A DNA stretch of 64,000 nucleotides from an uncultured Acidobacteriota bacterium (GCA_963843575.1 CAWJKZ010000014.1:608001-672000), one strand, 5' to 3'. Positions 37,583 to 47,719 are shown, counted from the first letter of the stretch. Numbers and translations are program-made. The notes: a model not told the origin generated them from the sequence alone.

Positions 37583-39562
37583 ATGTCATCCATAAATCTC
37601 CTCAGCGGCGGTTTGGACGTCCAGGGAACCGTCGAAAAACTCATCTACGTCGAGAGCGAACCCATACGCCGCCTCGAAACTCAGACTAAGACCCTCAACA
37701 GCAAGGTCTCCGCCTACCAGTCGCTCAACACCAAGGTGTCGGCTCTCCTGGATCAGGTCAACGAGATGATCTTCCAGGACGAGACCGCCTCGCTTGCGCC
37801 CGTCTACTCCTTCGAGGACAGGCTCGCCCACAGCGTGTTCGGTGCACGCCAGGTGACCTCATCCGACGACGACGCGGTGAGCGCCACCGCCACCAAGGGC
37901 ATGTCCACCGGGACGTTCGCTCTCGCCGTGACCGGGCTGGCACAGGCCAGGACCGTGGCCGCCGGTAATTTCGCCGACACGACCACGACCCGCACCGGCA
38001 CGGGCACGCTGGCCTTTCGCGTCGGCTCCGCCGAACCAGTTACGGTCACGATCGATTCGACCAACAACACCCTCGAGGGCGTCCGTCGTGCCATCAATGC
38101 GGCTAATGCGGGGGTTACCGCAACTATTGTCAATGACGGAAGCTCCACGCCCTATCGGCTGACGATCACCGCCAACGAGACAGGGACGGCGAACTCCTTC
38201 AGCATTACCGACAACCTGACCGGCGGCCAAGCCTTGAATCTCGCCGAGAAAATGGCGGCGCAGGACGCCGAATTCTCCGTCAACGGCGTCAACATCACGA
38301 AGGCGTCCAACACCGTCTCCGACGTGGTCGACGGCGTGACGTTCACGCTCAAGAACACGACCGCGACGCCGGTCATGCTCACCGTGCAGAAGGACTACGA
38401 CGCCATCGTCTCCGCCGTCCAGAAACTGGCAACGGCTTTCAACGAAGTAAACACCTTCGCCAACCAGCAGTTCAGGTACAACCAGACGACCAAGACCGCC
38501 GGCGTCCTCTCGGGTGACGCAACCCTCCGGAGCACCCAGACGAGAATCCGTGACATCCTGGCGCAGGCGGTCGGCAACGCCTTCACGCCTTACCGGACGA
38601 TCAGCCAGATAGGGATCTCGTTCAGTAACGACGGCAGTCTCGTCGTGGACGACACCAAGCTGCGCAAGGCGCTGACCTCCAACTCGACACAGGTCGCTGC
38701 CCTCCTGCTCGGCGACGGGGCTGCAGGGACGGCGGAGAGCTTCGCCGCCACCGACGCCCGCGTCTCCTACTACGGCAAGGCCGCGGCGACCCAGACGGGG
38801 ACCTACGATGTATCGGTCACCGCTCTTGCAGCCCAGGCTGCGGTGACCGGCAGCGATATCGTGACGGCGCTGGCACAGGACGAACAGCTGACCATCCGCC
38901 ACGGCGGAACCACGACCCTGATCGACCTTCTGTTCGGCGATTCGCTCGCCACCGTCCTGTCCAAAGTCAACCAGGGCCTTGTCGCCGCCGGGGTTGCCGC
39001 AACCGCCTCCGACGACGGCACGGGCAGGATTCGAATCACCACGTCGGGCTGGGGCTCCGGAGAAAGCATCTCGGTCGAATCCAACGTCGACGCCACGGGA
39101 TCCAGCGGTTTCGGCACCACCGCGGCAACGGCGACCGGCACAGACATCGAAGGCACCATCAACGGGCACACGGCTGCCGGTGCGGGGCTGGTGCTCACCG
39201 GGGCCGCCGGGCAGCCGGAGGAGGGCCTCGGCATCGCCATCAACCAGGAATCGACGGGCGATTACGGCTCCGTGAGCTTCACCCAGGCCGTCTCCGGGTC
39301 GGAAGGCGCCAGCATCCTGGTCAACCTGCGCACCGCCCTGAAGGCGATCACCGACCCCCTGTCGGGGCCTATTCAAAGGGCCACGGATGCGCTCCATCAG
39401 ACAATCAAATCGATCGCGGACCGGATCGAGGAGTACGAAGAGCGCATGGAAGTCAGAGAGGAACTGCTCACCGCAGAGTATTCCCGGGCCGATCAGGCGT
39501 TGCGGTTGATGACAGTCACCCAGTCGGCGCTGTCCAGCCAGATCAGCTCGTTTTCCAGCTAA
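37583..39562 (+). CDS. fliD: Flagellar filament cap FliD (extended)
   Basis: GLDVQGTVEKL, AQDAEFSVNG, GVLSGD, IGISFSNDGSL, C-terminal coiled coil; 659 aa. Confidence 0.93.
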   Translation: MSSINLLSGGLDVQGTVEKLIYVESEPIRRLETQTKTLNSKVSAYQSLNTKVSALLDQVNEMIFQDETASLAPVYSFEDRLAHSVFGARQVTSSDDDAVSATATKGMSTGTFALAVTGLAQARTVAAGNFADTTTTRTGTGTLAFRVGSAEPVTVTIDSTNNTLEGVRRAINAANAGVTATIVNDGSSTPYRLTITANETGTANSFSITDNLTGGQALNLAEKMAAQDAEFSVNGVNITKASNTVSDVVDGVTFTLKNTTATPVMLTVQKDYDAIVSAVQKLATAFNEVNTFANQQFRYNQTTKTAGVLSGDATLRSTQTRIRDILAQAVGNAFTPYRTISQIGISFSNDGSLVVDDTKLRKALTSNSTQVAALLLGDGAAGTAESFAATDARVSYYGKAAATQTGTYDVSVTALAAQAAVTGSDIVTALAQDEQLTIRHGGTTTLIDLLFGDSLATVLSKVNQGLVAAGVAATASDDGTGRIRITTSGWGSGESISVESNVDATGSSGFGTTAATATGTDIEGTINGHTAAGAGLVLTGAAGQPEEGLGIAINQESTGDYGSVSFTQAVSGSEGASILVNLRTALKAITDPLSGPIQRATDALHQTIKSIADRIEEYEERMEVREELLTAEYSRADQALRLMTVTQSALSSQISSFSS

Positions 39563-39591
39563 CCGTACGCGTTGAGCCGAAGGAGTAGTTG

Positions 39592-40056
39592 ATGGTAGGC
39601 AGCCAACCTTCTGCGGGTCGGTACCGTGAAGTCGCGGTGAGGACCGCGAACCCGCTGCAGCTTGTGGTCATGCTGTACGACGGAGCCATCCAGGCACTCA
39701 AGGAAGCGCAGGACCACCTCGGGAAGAAGGACATTCCCAACCGCGCGCGCTGCATCAACCGTGCGGTCGCGATCCTGTCGGAACTCCAGGCGTGCCTGAA
39801 CTTCAGCAACGGGGGGGCCATCGCCCATTCCCTGGACAGGCTGTACACCTACATGAAGCAGCAGATCTTCACAGGAAATCTCGAGATGAACCGCGAACCC
39901 CTCGCCGAGGTGGTCGCGCTGCTCGAGAATCTCCGGTCGGCATGGGGCGAGATCGCCAGGCAGGCGCAGCCACAGCCGATGCGAGGCGACCCGGGCATGC
40001 TCAAGGACGGAACCACCGGCTCGCTCCAGCTCACGGGGCTCAACATCTCGGGGTGA
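39592..40056 (+). CDS. fliS: Flagellin chaperone FliS
   Basis: TANPLQLVVMLYDGAI, GGAIAHSLDRLYTYM, LRSAW. Confidence 0.95.
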   Translation: MVGSQPSAGRYREVAVRTANPLQLVVMLYDGAIQALKEAQDHLGKKDIPNRARCINRAVAILSELQACLNFSNGGAIAHSLDRLYTYMKQQIFTGNLEMNREPLAEVVALLENLRSAWGEIARQAQPQPMRGDPGMLKDGTTGSLQLTGLNISG

Positions 40057-40060
40057 ATCG

Positions 40061-40483
40061 ATGCAGTTTATCGACGAATTGCAGTACATCGACGGACTCT
40101 ACCAGGCTCTGCAGCACGAACTCTCGCCGGGCACGACTGAAGCCGAGGAAGCCTCGCTGGTGGAGACGGTACTGCGCAACAAAGACTTGCTTTGCCGCAT
40201 CGGGCAGCTCAACGAACGCGTGGCCCGCACGACTGCCGCGTGGAAAGATTTCAGGGAACGGGCAGACGCGCCGATGCGGGCGCAGGTCGAGTCGCTCATC
40301 CGAACGGTTCGTGCGCACGCGGCAGACCTCCAGCGTACCTGCGCACAACATGGCCACAGGCTCGAATCGCGTCTCGACCGGCTCGGACATGAGCGGGGCC
40401 GTCTGCGGACCGGCTTCCGTTACCTGGACAGCGTAAAGCCACCCAGAAACAACTACCCCAAATTTGTGGATTCGCTGGGCTGA
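40061..40483 (+). CDS. Helical protein in the FliT position (FliT/FlgN-like chaperone)
   Basis: Follows fliS; all-helical; C-terminal Y...PKFVD motif. Confidence 0.6.
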   Translation: MQFIDELQYIDGLYQALQHELSPGTTEAEEASLVETVLRNKDLLCRIGQLNERVARTTAAWKDFRERADAPMRAQVESLIRTVRAHAADLQRTCAQHGHRLESRLDRLGHERGRLRTGFRYLDSVKPPRNNYPKFVDSLG

Positions 40484-40607
40484 CCCGAGTCCAGGCATCC
40501 CTCGGCCCGGCCTGGTGCTCACGCTTTCCGACCTTCACCTTGAAAGCAGGAAATGCGGCATCCCCGCCAATGCTCTCTCGAGTGGCTTGTCCGCCCCCGC
40601 AATCTGA

Positions 40608-41012
40608 TCATGGTTCCAATGCCTTCACGGGACCCAGGTAGTGGTCCAACCAGGCAAGAACCTCCTTGATCAACTCGGCCCGTGGCAAAGCGTGACCGGA
40701 GTCGAAAATGGCGTGCCGTTTGTCTTTCCCGGGAGTGCCCAGGAGGCGGAACATCGGGATCTGGCTTTCCTCCAGTGGAGAAATGAAATCATCTCTGCCG
40801 TTCATCATCAGGACCGGGATCTTCACCCGTGAGAGGAAGTTGACCGGATTCGCAGCGCCAAACCGGGCCGGAGCACCTCCGGGAGGAAGGCCGCCCGATT
40901 GCAGGATGCTGGCCTTGAGACGGGGCTCAAGGGCTGAGACGATCGGACCGAACCCCGCACCCCCGCTGATACCGTAGAATGCCCGGGTGGCGTTTTCTTG
41001 ACCCGGGTTCAT
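40608..41012 (-). pseudogene. C-terminal fragment of an alpha/beta (dienelactone-hydrolase-like) domain
   Basis: Begins at the nucleophile strand (FYGISGG) and carries NGRDD and SGH; the N-terminal half of the fold is missing. Confidence 0.65.
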
Positions 41013-41325
41013 ACGCGGCTGCCGGACTTCAATCCTTGGGGGTTGACACCCAAGTAGGATTCAGCAGCGACGATTCAGAGTGGCCTGCGCAAAGGCCCAC
41101 CAACGGCTTGCTGGCCTCTGCAGAATATGGCTTGACGGGGAGCACCGCCGCGAGAACAAGAGTTAGGCCGCAAGCACGAACCGGTGGGCCTTGCCACACC
41201 ACCAAGTCCTCAAGACTCGTCTCCGGCATCCTCGTGCTGACTATTCGTCGAGGATGCCATGGCCGCAGCAGCCGGATGTCAGCGCCGACTCGGCTGGTTC
41301 GACGACCAATTTCTCCGGGCAGGGA

Positions 41326-41550
41326 TCAGCCCAGCAGCTTCTTGAGGATGTCCGGTCTGGGAATTTGTGACTGCGACGCGGCGAGGTTCTCCCGTTTGAT
41401 CGCTTCGAAGACCTCGTTCCGGTGGACGGAGATGTGCGCAGGGGCGTGGATGCCCACTTTGACGCTGCCGGCACTGACGGAGAGTATGGTCACCTCGATC
41501 TCGTTGCCGATGACCAGGCTCTCCCCTTTCTTGCGCGTGAAAACCAGCAT
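41326..41550 (-). CDS. csrA: Carbon storage regulator CsrA (FliW-responsive type)
   Basis: MLVFTRKKGES, VKVGIHAP, VHRNEV; C-terminal extension ENLAA. Confidence 0.95.
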   Translation of the reverse strand: MLVFTRKKGESLVIGNEIEVTILSVSAGSVKVGIHAPAHISVHRNEVFEAIKRENLAASQSQIPRPDILKKLLG

Positions 41551-41599
41551 GCGTTTCTCTGTCTCATCGGCCCGGCCCAAAAACCCGGGCAACCGGGGA

Positions 41600-42070
41600 T
41601 CAGCGCTCCGTCGACTCGTCTTTCTTCGAGCCGGCGAACAAGGGATGCCTCACCTGGTAGCTGCTCTGGTGGAGCACCACTTGTTTCCCCAGGCGCTCCC
41701 TGTGGTTGATGACGATGGGCGCCATCAGGTTCAGCGTAGCGTCCTCTGGGTTTTCCGGGACCGTCGCTACCGCGTAGACGGACACGCCTTCGGCTTCCCT
41801 GCTCCGGATTTCCTGCATGTCCGATTCGGCCAGTTGGAACTTGTAGCCCGCATCGACCAAGAATGGATTCACCACGAGCAGCGCGATGGGCGGATCGTCC
41901 AGCGCCTGGAGGTACTGAAACGGCTTCAGCTCGTCCATTTCGAGCACCGTGAACCGGCGGAGGTTGGGGAATCCCGGGAGGCCCTCCTTAAACGAGATCA
42001 CCTTGTCCTGAGGCACCTCGAGCATTCCGAAATTCACCGATTTTACGACCAGCGTCTGCGATTCGGCCAT
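41600..42070 (-). CDS. fliW: Flagellar assembly factor FliW
   Basis: FKEGLPGF, YLQAL, NPF, TLNLMAPIVIN, GKQVVL. Confidence 0.95.
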   Translation of the reverse strand: MAESQTLVVKSVNFGMLEVPQDKVISFKEGLPGFPNLRRFTVLEMDELKPFQYLQALDDPPIALLVVNPFLVDAGYKFQLAESDMQEIRSREAEGVSVYAVATVPENPEDATLNLMAPIVINHRERLGKQVVLHQSSYQVRHPLFAGSKKDESTER

Positions 42071-42197
42071 CCTGCACACCTGTCCCGCGCTTCAAGGCGG
42101 GAAATCATGTCATTGTAGCCTTGGGACGGCGCACAGGTTCAAGCGAAATCTGGGCAGCCGTCCCGGTGTGACTGCGTCGGCGCAGTCCCTTCGGGTG

Positions 42198-43073
42198 TCA
42201 TCCGAGGAAATCGAAGAGGTTGTACTGCTGCACGCTCCCCTGTGCGGTCAGGGTAGCCTTGAGGGCCGATTGAATCTGGTTCAGCTCGGTGATGGCCCGG
42301 GCCATATCCGCGTCCTCGACATTCCCGCGGCGGGTTTCGATGTTGAGTTGCTGGGCCTCGTGGTCGATCGTCACGTCGCTGAGCCTCCGCAGATCCACGC
42401 CCACCTGGACGCGGGCCTTGGTGATTTCGGCCAGCGCCGGCGCAATCCCGGAGAGCGCCCCCTGAATCGCCGATGAGTCACCGGAGTCGATGGCCTGCAG
42501 CAAAGCGTCGACCTTTTCGAAGATGGGGAGGAAGATGGCGGACCCCGGGATATTCTGCCTCACTTCGAGCGACGCCTCGATTTCGATCCGGTTCACGTCC
42601 GCATTGCCTTGGTACGTCACGGTGCCGTCGGACATGACGAACGCGGCTTCCTTGACGTCGGAGCCCGCGAAAATCGAACGGCCGCGCGTCTGCGTATTGC
42701 CCAGGGACAGCAACTCGTCGCGCAGCAGTCCGATCTCGGTCGCGATGCTGGCCCGGCCCGCTGCGTCCGTGGTGCCCGAGGCGGCGGCGCTCCCGCGCGT
42801 GAAAATGGTCGTGACCAGGTTGTAGGCGCTGCTCAACGCGGAATCGGCCACATTCAGGAAGAACGTGCTGTCGTCGATGTTGGTCTTGTACTGGTCGATG
42901 TCCGCCAACTGCGCCTTCAGCAGCACGAGCTCGGCGCTCCCGGAAGGCGAGTCCTGCAGCCGGTTGAGCTTCTTGCCCGACGAGACCTGGCGGCTGGCGG
43001 TTTCGAGCGCCTCATTCAGGTTCTCGGCACTCGACAGGAAATTGCGGTAGGTGATCGCTTGAGTGATTCGCAT
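42198..43073 (-). CDS. flgL: Hook-filament junction FlgL
   Basis: MRITQ, SSGKKL..DSP, IFAG, EDADMA, NLFDFL. Confidence 0.92.
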   Translation of the reverse strand: MRITQAITYRNFLSSAENLNEALETASRQVSSGKKLNRLQDSPSGSAELVLLKAQLADIDQYKTNIDDSTFFLNVADSALSSAYNLVTTIFTRGSAAASGTTDAAGRASIATEIGLLRDELLSLGNTQTRGRSIFAGSDVKEAAFVMSDGTVTYQGNADVNRIEIEASLEVRQNIPGSAIFLPIFEKVDALLQAIDSGDSSAIQGALSGIAPALAEITKARVQVGVDLRRLSDVTIDHEAQQLNIETRRGNVEDADMARAITELNQIQSALKATLTAQGSVQQYNLFDFLG

Positions 43074-43077
43074 ATCG

Positions 43078-44475
43078 TCAACTCAGGATTTGGATGAGGT
43101 CCTCGGTGAGCCCGTCCAGCACGCTGATGTAACGCGCCGTGGCCTGGAAGGCTTTCTGGTAGCGCACGATGCTGATCGCCTCCTCATCCAGGTTCACTCC
43201 GGAGTAAGCGTCGCGCTGGTTTTTGAGCTGGTCGAGCATGGCCTTCTGCAGCGTTATGCCGTCCTCGGCCGCCCGCGTGTCCTGGCCGATCTTGAACACG
43301 AGGTTCGCGTAGAACTGGGTGGCGGTCGCCGTCCCGGACGAAAAAAGACCCTCGTCGCCGATGTCCGCGAGCAGGCGCGCGTTGGCGTTGCTCCCGCTGC
43401 CGCTGCCCGCTACGCCGGCGGCGACGCGGTCGGGATCCGAAAACGCCAGCGACACGCTCTGGGCAGCGCCGGCATTGGAGCCCGGCACCGACTGCACGAA
43501 CGGGTTGAAGAAGTTCCCGCCGGCGGCACCGTTCAGATCAACCCCTGCACTATGCTGTGCGTTGACCCTTTGGATGAGGCCGGCCGCCATGTCGTCGAGG
43601 GTGGAAAGGTAACCGCTCAGGGTCGCCCGGGCGCTCAGCAGCCCGCCCAGGTTCCCGCCGTTGATCGTCGACGTGATGTCGGCGCCGCCGAGCTCGATCT
43701 GGAGCATGCCGTCCGAGCCGGACCTCGCCGTCTCGAGCGCATAGCTGTCGTCGCCGAGCACGAGGGTCCCTCCCTGCTTGGTCAGGACCGTGACGCGGCC
43801 CCCCTCCGTCTCGAAGTAAGAGACGTTCATCAGCCCCGAGAGCTTTTCGAGCAAGACCTGGCGCTGGTCCTCGAGTTCCGACGCCTCGGGGGCCTTCAGT
43901 GCGATGGCCTGCGCCACCCTGCTGTTGAGGCCTGCGACCGCGGCGGTCAGCGCGTTGATCTGGGTGGTCGTATCGGAAATGAAATACTCCTGGTAGCCGC
44001 GCACGCTCTGCACCTGGTCGTAAACCCGGTTGAACTCGACGCCGAGGTCGGCTGCGCTGGACAGGACCTGTTCCCGCAGCGTCACATCTTCCGGCGCGTT
44101 CGCCAGTGTGCTGAAACTGTTGAAGAAGTCCTCCAGCTTCCGGTCGAGTCCCTGGCCCGACCCGGAGTTGAACAGGGTCTCCACCTGCCGCAGCGCGGTC
44201 GCGACAGAATCGTAGCACCCCTGCGCCTCGGTTTCCTGGCTGATGCGATAATTAAGAAAGCGGTTGCGGAACGACTCGATCGTCCCCGAATTCACCCCGG
44301 CCAGTCCAAGGGCGGCGTCCGCGCCGTAGGGGTCGCCGGGCATCAGGTTCAAGCGCTGGCGCGAATACCCCGGCGTGTTGACGTTGGCGATGTTCCGCTG
44401 CGCGATTTCGAGCCCGAACTGCTGAGCCTGAAGCGCCTGCTGAGCCAAGGCAAGACTGTTGAAGATCGTCGACAT
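43078..44475 (-). CDS. flgK: Hook-associated protein FlgK
   Basis: NIANVNTPGYSRQ, DQR, SGVNLDEEA, YQKAFQA; start ATG 44475. Confidence 0.94.
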   Translation of the reverse strand: MSTIFNSLALAQQALQAQQFGLEIAQRNIANVNTPGYSRQRLNLMPGDPYGADAALGLAGVNSGTIESFRNRFLNYRISQETEAQGCYDSVATALRQVETLFNSGSGQGLDRKLEDFFNSFSTLANAPEDVTLREQVLSSAADLGVEFNRVYDQVQSVRGYQEYFISDTTTQINALTAAVAGLNSRVAQAIALKAPEASELEDQRQVLLEKLSGLMNVSYFETEGGRVTVLTKQGGTLVLGDDSYALETARSGSDGMLQIELGGADITSTINGGNLGGLLSARATLSGYLSTLDDMAAGLIQRVNAQHSAGVDLNGAAGGNFFNPFVQSVPGSNAGAAQSVSLAFSDPDRVAAGVAGSGSGSNANARLLADIGDEGLFSSGTATATQFYANLVFKIGQDTRAAEDGITLQKAMLDQLKNQRDAYSGVNLDEEAISIVRYQKAFQATARYISVLDGLTEDLIQILS

Positions 44476-44549
44476 GAGGTCCGTTTCCCGGCCGGTTGAG
44501 GCCGACAAGGAGGCTTTGCTTTCTTCGGTATCTCTTGAAACGGCTCCGG

Positions 44550-45042
44550 CTACGCCCTGCGGGAAATCGTGCTCTGGCCGGCGGAGATTGGCCGCAACAA
44601 CCCGGTGCCCTGGTAGGAGGTCGTGGCGCCGGCAAAGAAGTCCAGCAGGCCCCGGGAGTATCGGATCGAGCTCTCGACCAGCCGGATGTTGCGCTGGTTG
44701 ACGCTCTTGAGCTGTTCGACCAGGTTCTTGAACAGGCCGGAGAGGGACTTGATCTCGGCCGCGACGGAACGTTCGAGCCCGTCGGCGAGCTTCAAAAGGG
44801 TGAAATCTTCGCGCGGGATGTGGAATGTGCGGCACACGTCGTCGCACAAACGTTCCATCTCGCTCTCCAGGATGCGCAGCTTGATGTTGAACGTCTCGTC
44901 GACCTTGTTGCTCTCGACCAGCGGTTCCAGGCGGCCCTGCACCAGCAGGGCGGTCTTCCGACGCGCGTGCTCGATGAGCTCGCGGTAAAGCGACGACTTC
45001 CTCGCGAACGATTCCCAGAAGATCTGAAACCATCTTGTCCAT
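44550..45042 (-). CDS. flgN: FlgN chaperone (one frameshift near 44990)
   Basis: Between flgM and flgK; removing one base joins MDKMVSDLL..EE to LYRELIEHARRKTALLVQG; LKSVNQRNIRL; TSYQGTG. Confidence 0.8.
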
Positions 45043-45044
45043 GT

Positions 45045-45281
45045 TCAGACTCTGAGGTCGATGTGCGCCGAGGGTTTCGGGGATTCCTCAGGATCCGCGT
45101 CCTGTTCGGAGTTCCCTGCGCCGTTCGGCCGGGCCTTCTCGGGCCGCTGATCCCGGCTTTTCCGGGGATGGTCGTGGTTCAGGCGTTCATCTCTCGCGAC
45201 CTTCTCGAGAAACGTCCCCGATATGCTGCTGAATCCCAGACCGTCCGACATAGCCGCCCCCGGCTGCGTCGAATCGGACAC
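45045..45281 (-). CDS. Small disordered protein ending HIDLRV
   Basis: Fills the flgM-flgN gap with start/stop coupling. Confidence 0.55.
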   Translation of the reverse strand: MSDSTQPGAAMSDGLGFSSISGTFLEKVARDERLNHDHPRKSRDQRPEKARPNGAGNSEQDADPEESPKPSAHIDLRV

Positions 45282-45592
45282 TAGAAGACCTCGTCGATCA
45301 GATCACCACCAACGATTTTCTCGGCAATCATCTCCGCCTTGACGTTGTAGGTCCCATTTTCGAGCGCCTGGCGCACCTGTTCGACACGCGCCTCGCGGAC
45401 GTCCGGCGTGGAGCGGATCATCTCGTCCAGGTGTTGAATCTCCCGGCCCCGAACCGAGAGTTCGATGCGGTCCGCCTCGAGCCGCGACCCTTCCTCCACG
45501 TTCCTGTCGCTCCGGGCGTTCTGCGGGTGCGGGATATCGAGCCTGGAAATGCTCGCGTTAAGGGCTACCGGATTCTTGCCGTTAATCTCCAT
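45281..45592 (-). CDS. flgM: Anti-sigma28 factor FlgM
   Basis: DRIELS, DVREARVEQVRQALENGTYNV, IAEKI. Confidence 0.93.
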   Translation of the reverse strand: MEINGKNPVALNASISRLDIPHPQNARSDRNVEEGSRLEADRIELSVRGREIQHLDEMIRSTPDVREARVEQVRQALENGTYNVKAEMIAEKIVGGDLIDEVF

Positions 45593-45628
45593 AGCGTCCT
45601 CAAGAGATTACTTCTCTGTACGGTAATC

Positions 45629-45656
45629 ATATCGTCGGCGACATGATAGCACTTTA
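45629..45656 (-). promoter_or_regulatory. Sigma28 promoter of flgM-flgN-flgKL
   Basis: Minus strand TAAA-N16-GACGATAT. Confidence 0.75.
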
Positions 45657-45660
45657 AAGT

Positions 45661-46514
45661 TTAATCGCCAGAACCGCCTGAAAACCGCACAGATAGGCCA
45701 CTTCCGGGCGAGGCCCCTCCCTCCCACTCCGCCAGTGCCTGTTTCGGATCGATGCAGGCGCCGTTGCGGATCACCTCGAAATGAAGGTGAGGACCGGTCG
45801 AGCGACCCGTGTTTCCGACCGAACCGAGAACGTACAGGGGAGGCACAACCGCCCCTTCCTTTACCGAGATCGTTTCGAGGTGCGCGTAGCGCGTCTCGAG
45901 GCCGTCCGCGTGACGGAGCACCACGGTGTTCCCGTAGCCTGGCTCATACCTCGCAGACACGACCTCGGCCGCCGAGCGCAGCCTGGACCTCGGTCCCTGC
46001 CGCCGCGGCGATGTCGATGCCGTGGTGCACCCGCAGCCGGTGAGTGAACGGGTCACGCCTCGGCCCGAAGCCGGAGCTCACCGGGGCTCGCACGGGAAGC
46101 TGAAAATCCGGGATGTCCGGCTCGACCGCATCCGAGCGCGGCACCGGAAACGCCTGCCGGATCGGCGGCAGTGCCCTTCCCCGTCGTGGCGGCCTTGTCC
46201 GACTCCAGGTGCCGCACGACAAGGTCCCCTATTCCCAGGACGCTCCTCTGCGCCATCCCGCGCGCCAGTTCCTGGTCGAACAGCTCGGTGTAGATCTGGC
46301 GACCGAATCCACTCCCCGGATCCTCCGACTGTTCGATGGTTTCCCGCATTACCTTCAGAAGGTAGGAGACGAACAGCGACTCGAATTCCTGCGCCGCCTG
46401 CCGAAGTCCGGCTTCATCGTTGCCTTTTGCCTTCGCGGTGCGCTCGAACCGCTCCCCGGCCGTCATCAGAGGGTGGTTCAACGGGTTGGATATCGCCGGC
46501 AGATCCGAGCTCAC
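45661..46514 (-). CDS. flgJ: FlgJ rod-binding domain fused to M23 metallo-endopeptidase (two frameshifts)
   Basis: LRQAAQEFESLFVSYLLKVMR rod-binding domain; HHGID, GYGN, YAHL and GRSTGPHLHFE M23 motifs in adjacent frames; breaks near 46160 and 45970. Confidence 0.8.
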
Positions 46515-46612
46515 GCGAGATTCGTCCCTTCGATGTGCTTTCGACGCTTCGAAGACCGAGGCACCCGGACCATCGCCGGGTTCGGTTGCGCCCTGTTACC
46601 CGTGGCCCAATC

Positions 46613-47718
46613 TCAGAGGATCTCGAGATCCGCCTGCAAGGCGCCTTGAGCCTTTATGGCCTGCAAGATCGCAATGATGTCCCTGGGGCCGGCCCCGATT
46701 GCGTTGAGCGCACGGACGACCTCCTCCACGCTTGCCCCCTCGCGCAGGGTCACGGTGTGACTCTTGTCTTCCTGGACCGTAACCCGGGTCTCCGGAACGA
46801 CCGCGGTCTGCCCCTGGGACAGGGTGTGGGCTGGGAGACGCTGAAGATGGTGCCGACCTGCAGGGACAGGCTGCCGTGAATGATGGACACCTCGGCGACC
46901 TTCACGTCCTTGCCCAGGACCACGGTGCCGGTCTTTTCGTTGAGGACCACGCGCGCGGCGACGTCCACGTCCATCCTGGCATTCTCGACCAGCGCCATGA
47001 ACTCCACGACCCGCTTGCCGTAGGCCTCCGGCACCGCGACCGCGATGGTCCGGCCATCCACAGCCCCGGCCACGCTGGCGCCGACCAGCTCGTTGATCGC
47101 GCGTGCTGCACGACTCGCAGTCGTAAAATCGTTCTGGTGCAGCACCAGGACCAGGCGGTTCTTGGATTGCAGGTCGACGACCACCTCGCGCTCGACCAGG
47201 CCGCCATTCGGAATCCGGCCCACGGTCGGGTGGTTCATCTGCACCTTGTTGCCGCCGCCGGACGCGCTGAATCCGCCGAGCACGATCTGGCCCTGGGCCG
47301 TGACATAGTCCAGGTTGTTGGCCGCCTTCAGCGGAGTCATCACCAGGACGCCACCCTGAATGCTCTGGGCGTCCCCGATCGAACTGACCGTCACGTCGAT
47401 GCGGCTTCCCTGCCGGATGAAGGGAGGGAGGGTCGCGGTCACCATCACGGCCGCGATGTTCTTGACGCGGACCTGCTCGGGCACGATCGACAGCCCGCTG
47501 CGCTCGAGCATGTACGCCAGGGTCTGGGTCGAGAAGAACGTCTGGCTGCGGTCGCCGGTCCCGTTGAGCCCGACCACGAGCCCATAACCGACAAGCTGGT
47601 TGTCGCGCACGCCCTCGAACGCGGCGACGTCTTTGATGCGGCTTGCGGCCGGTGCCGCAGGCACGATACCCGCAACCAACAACAGGACCCAGGCGATCTT
47701 CCGCGCCATGCTCTTCAC
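46613..47718 (-). CDS. flgI: P-ring protein FlgI (frameshift near 46825)
   Basis: GVRDNQLVGYGLVVGLNGTGD, NEKTGTVV; C-terminal LQAIKAQGALQADLEIL* in the shifted frame. Confidence 0.92.
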
Positions 47719-47719
47719 T

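Noticed and set aside
40990-41260. 6S RNA, SRP RNA or c-di-GMP riboswitch assignment for the structured block
   Set aside because: The SRP GGAAGGAAGCAGC core and the c-di-GMP GGCAAA/GAAA/GACGCAAAGC pattern are absent, and the 6S-like CTTGACCCGGGTTC segment is on the wrong side of the rod. Kept only as an unassigned structure.
43078-45042. 654-aa FlgK with a long N-terminal extension (apparent FlgN-FlgK fusion)
   Set aside because: Artefact of the flgN frameshift; the extension is off-frame Arg-rich sequence and FlgK starts at 44475.
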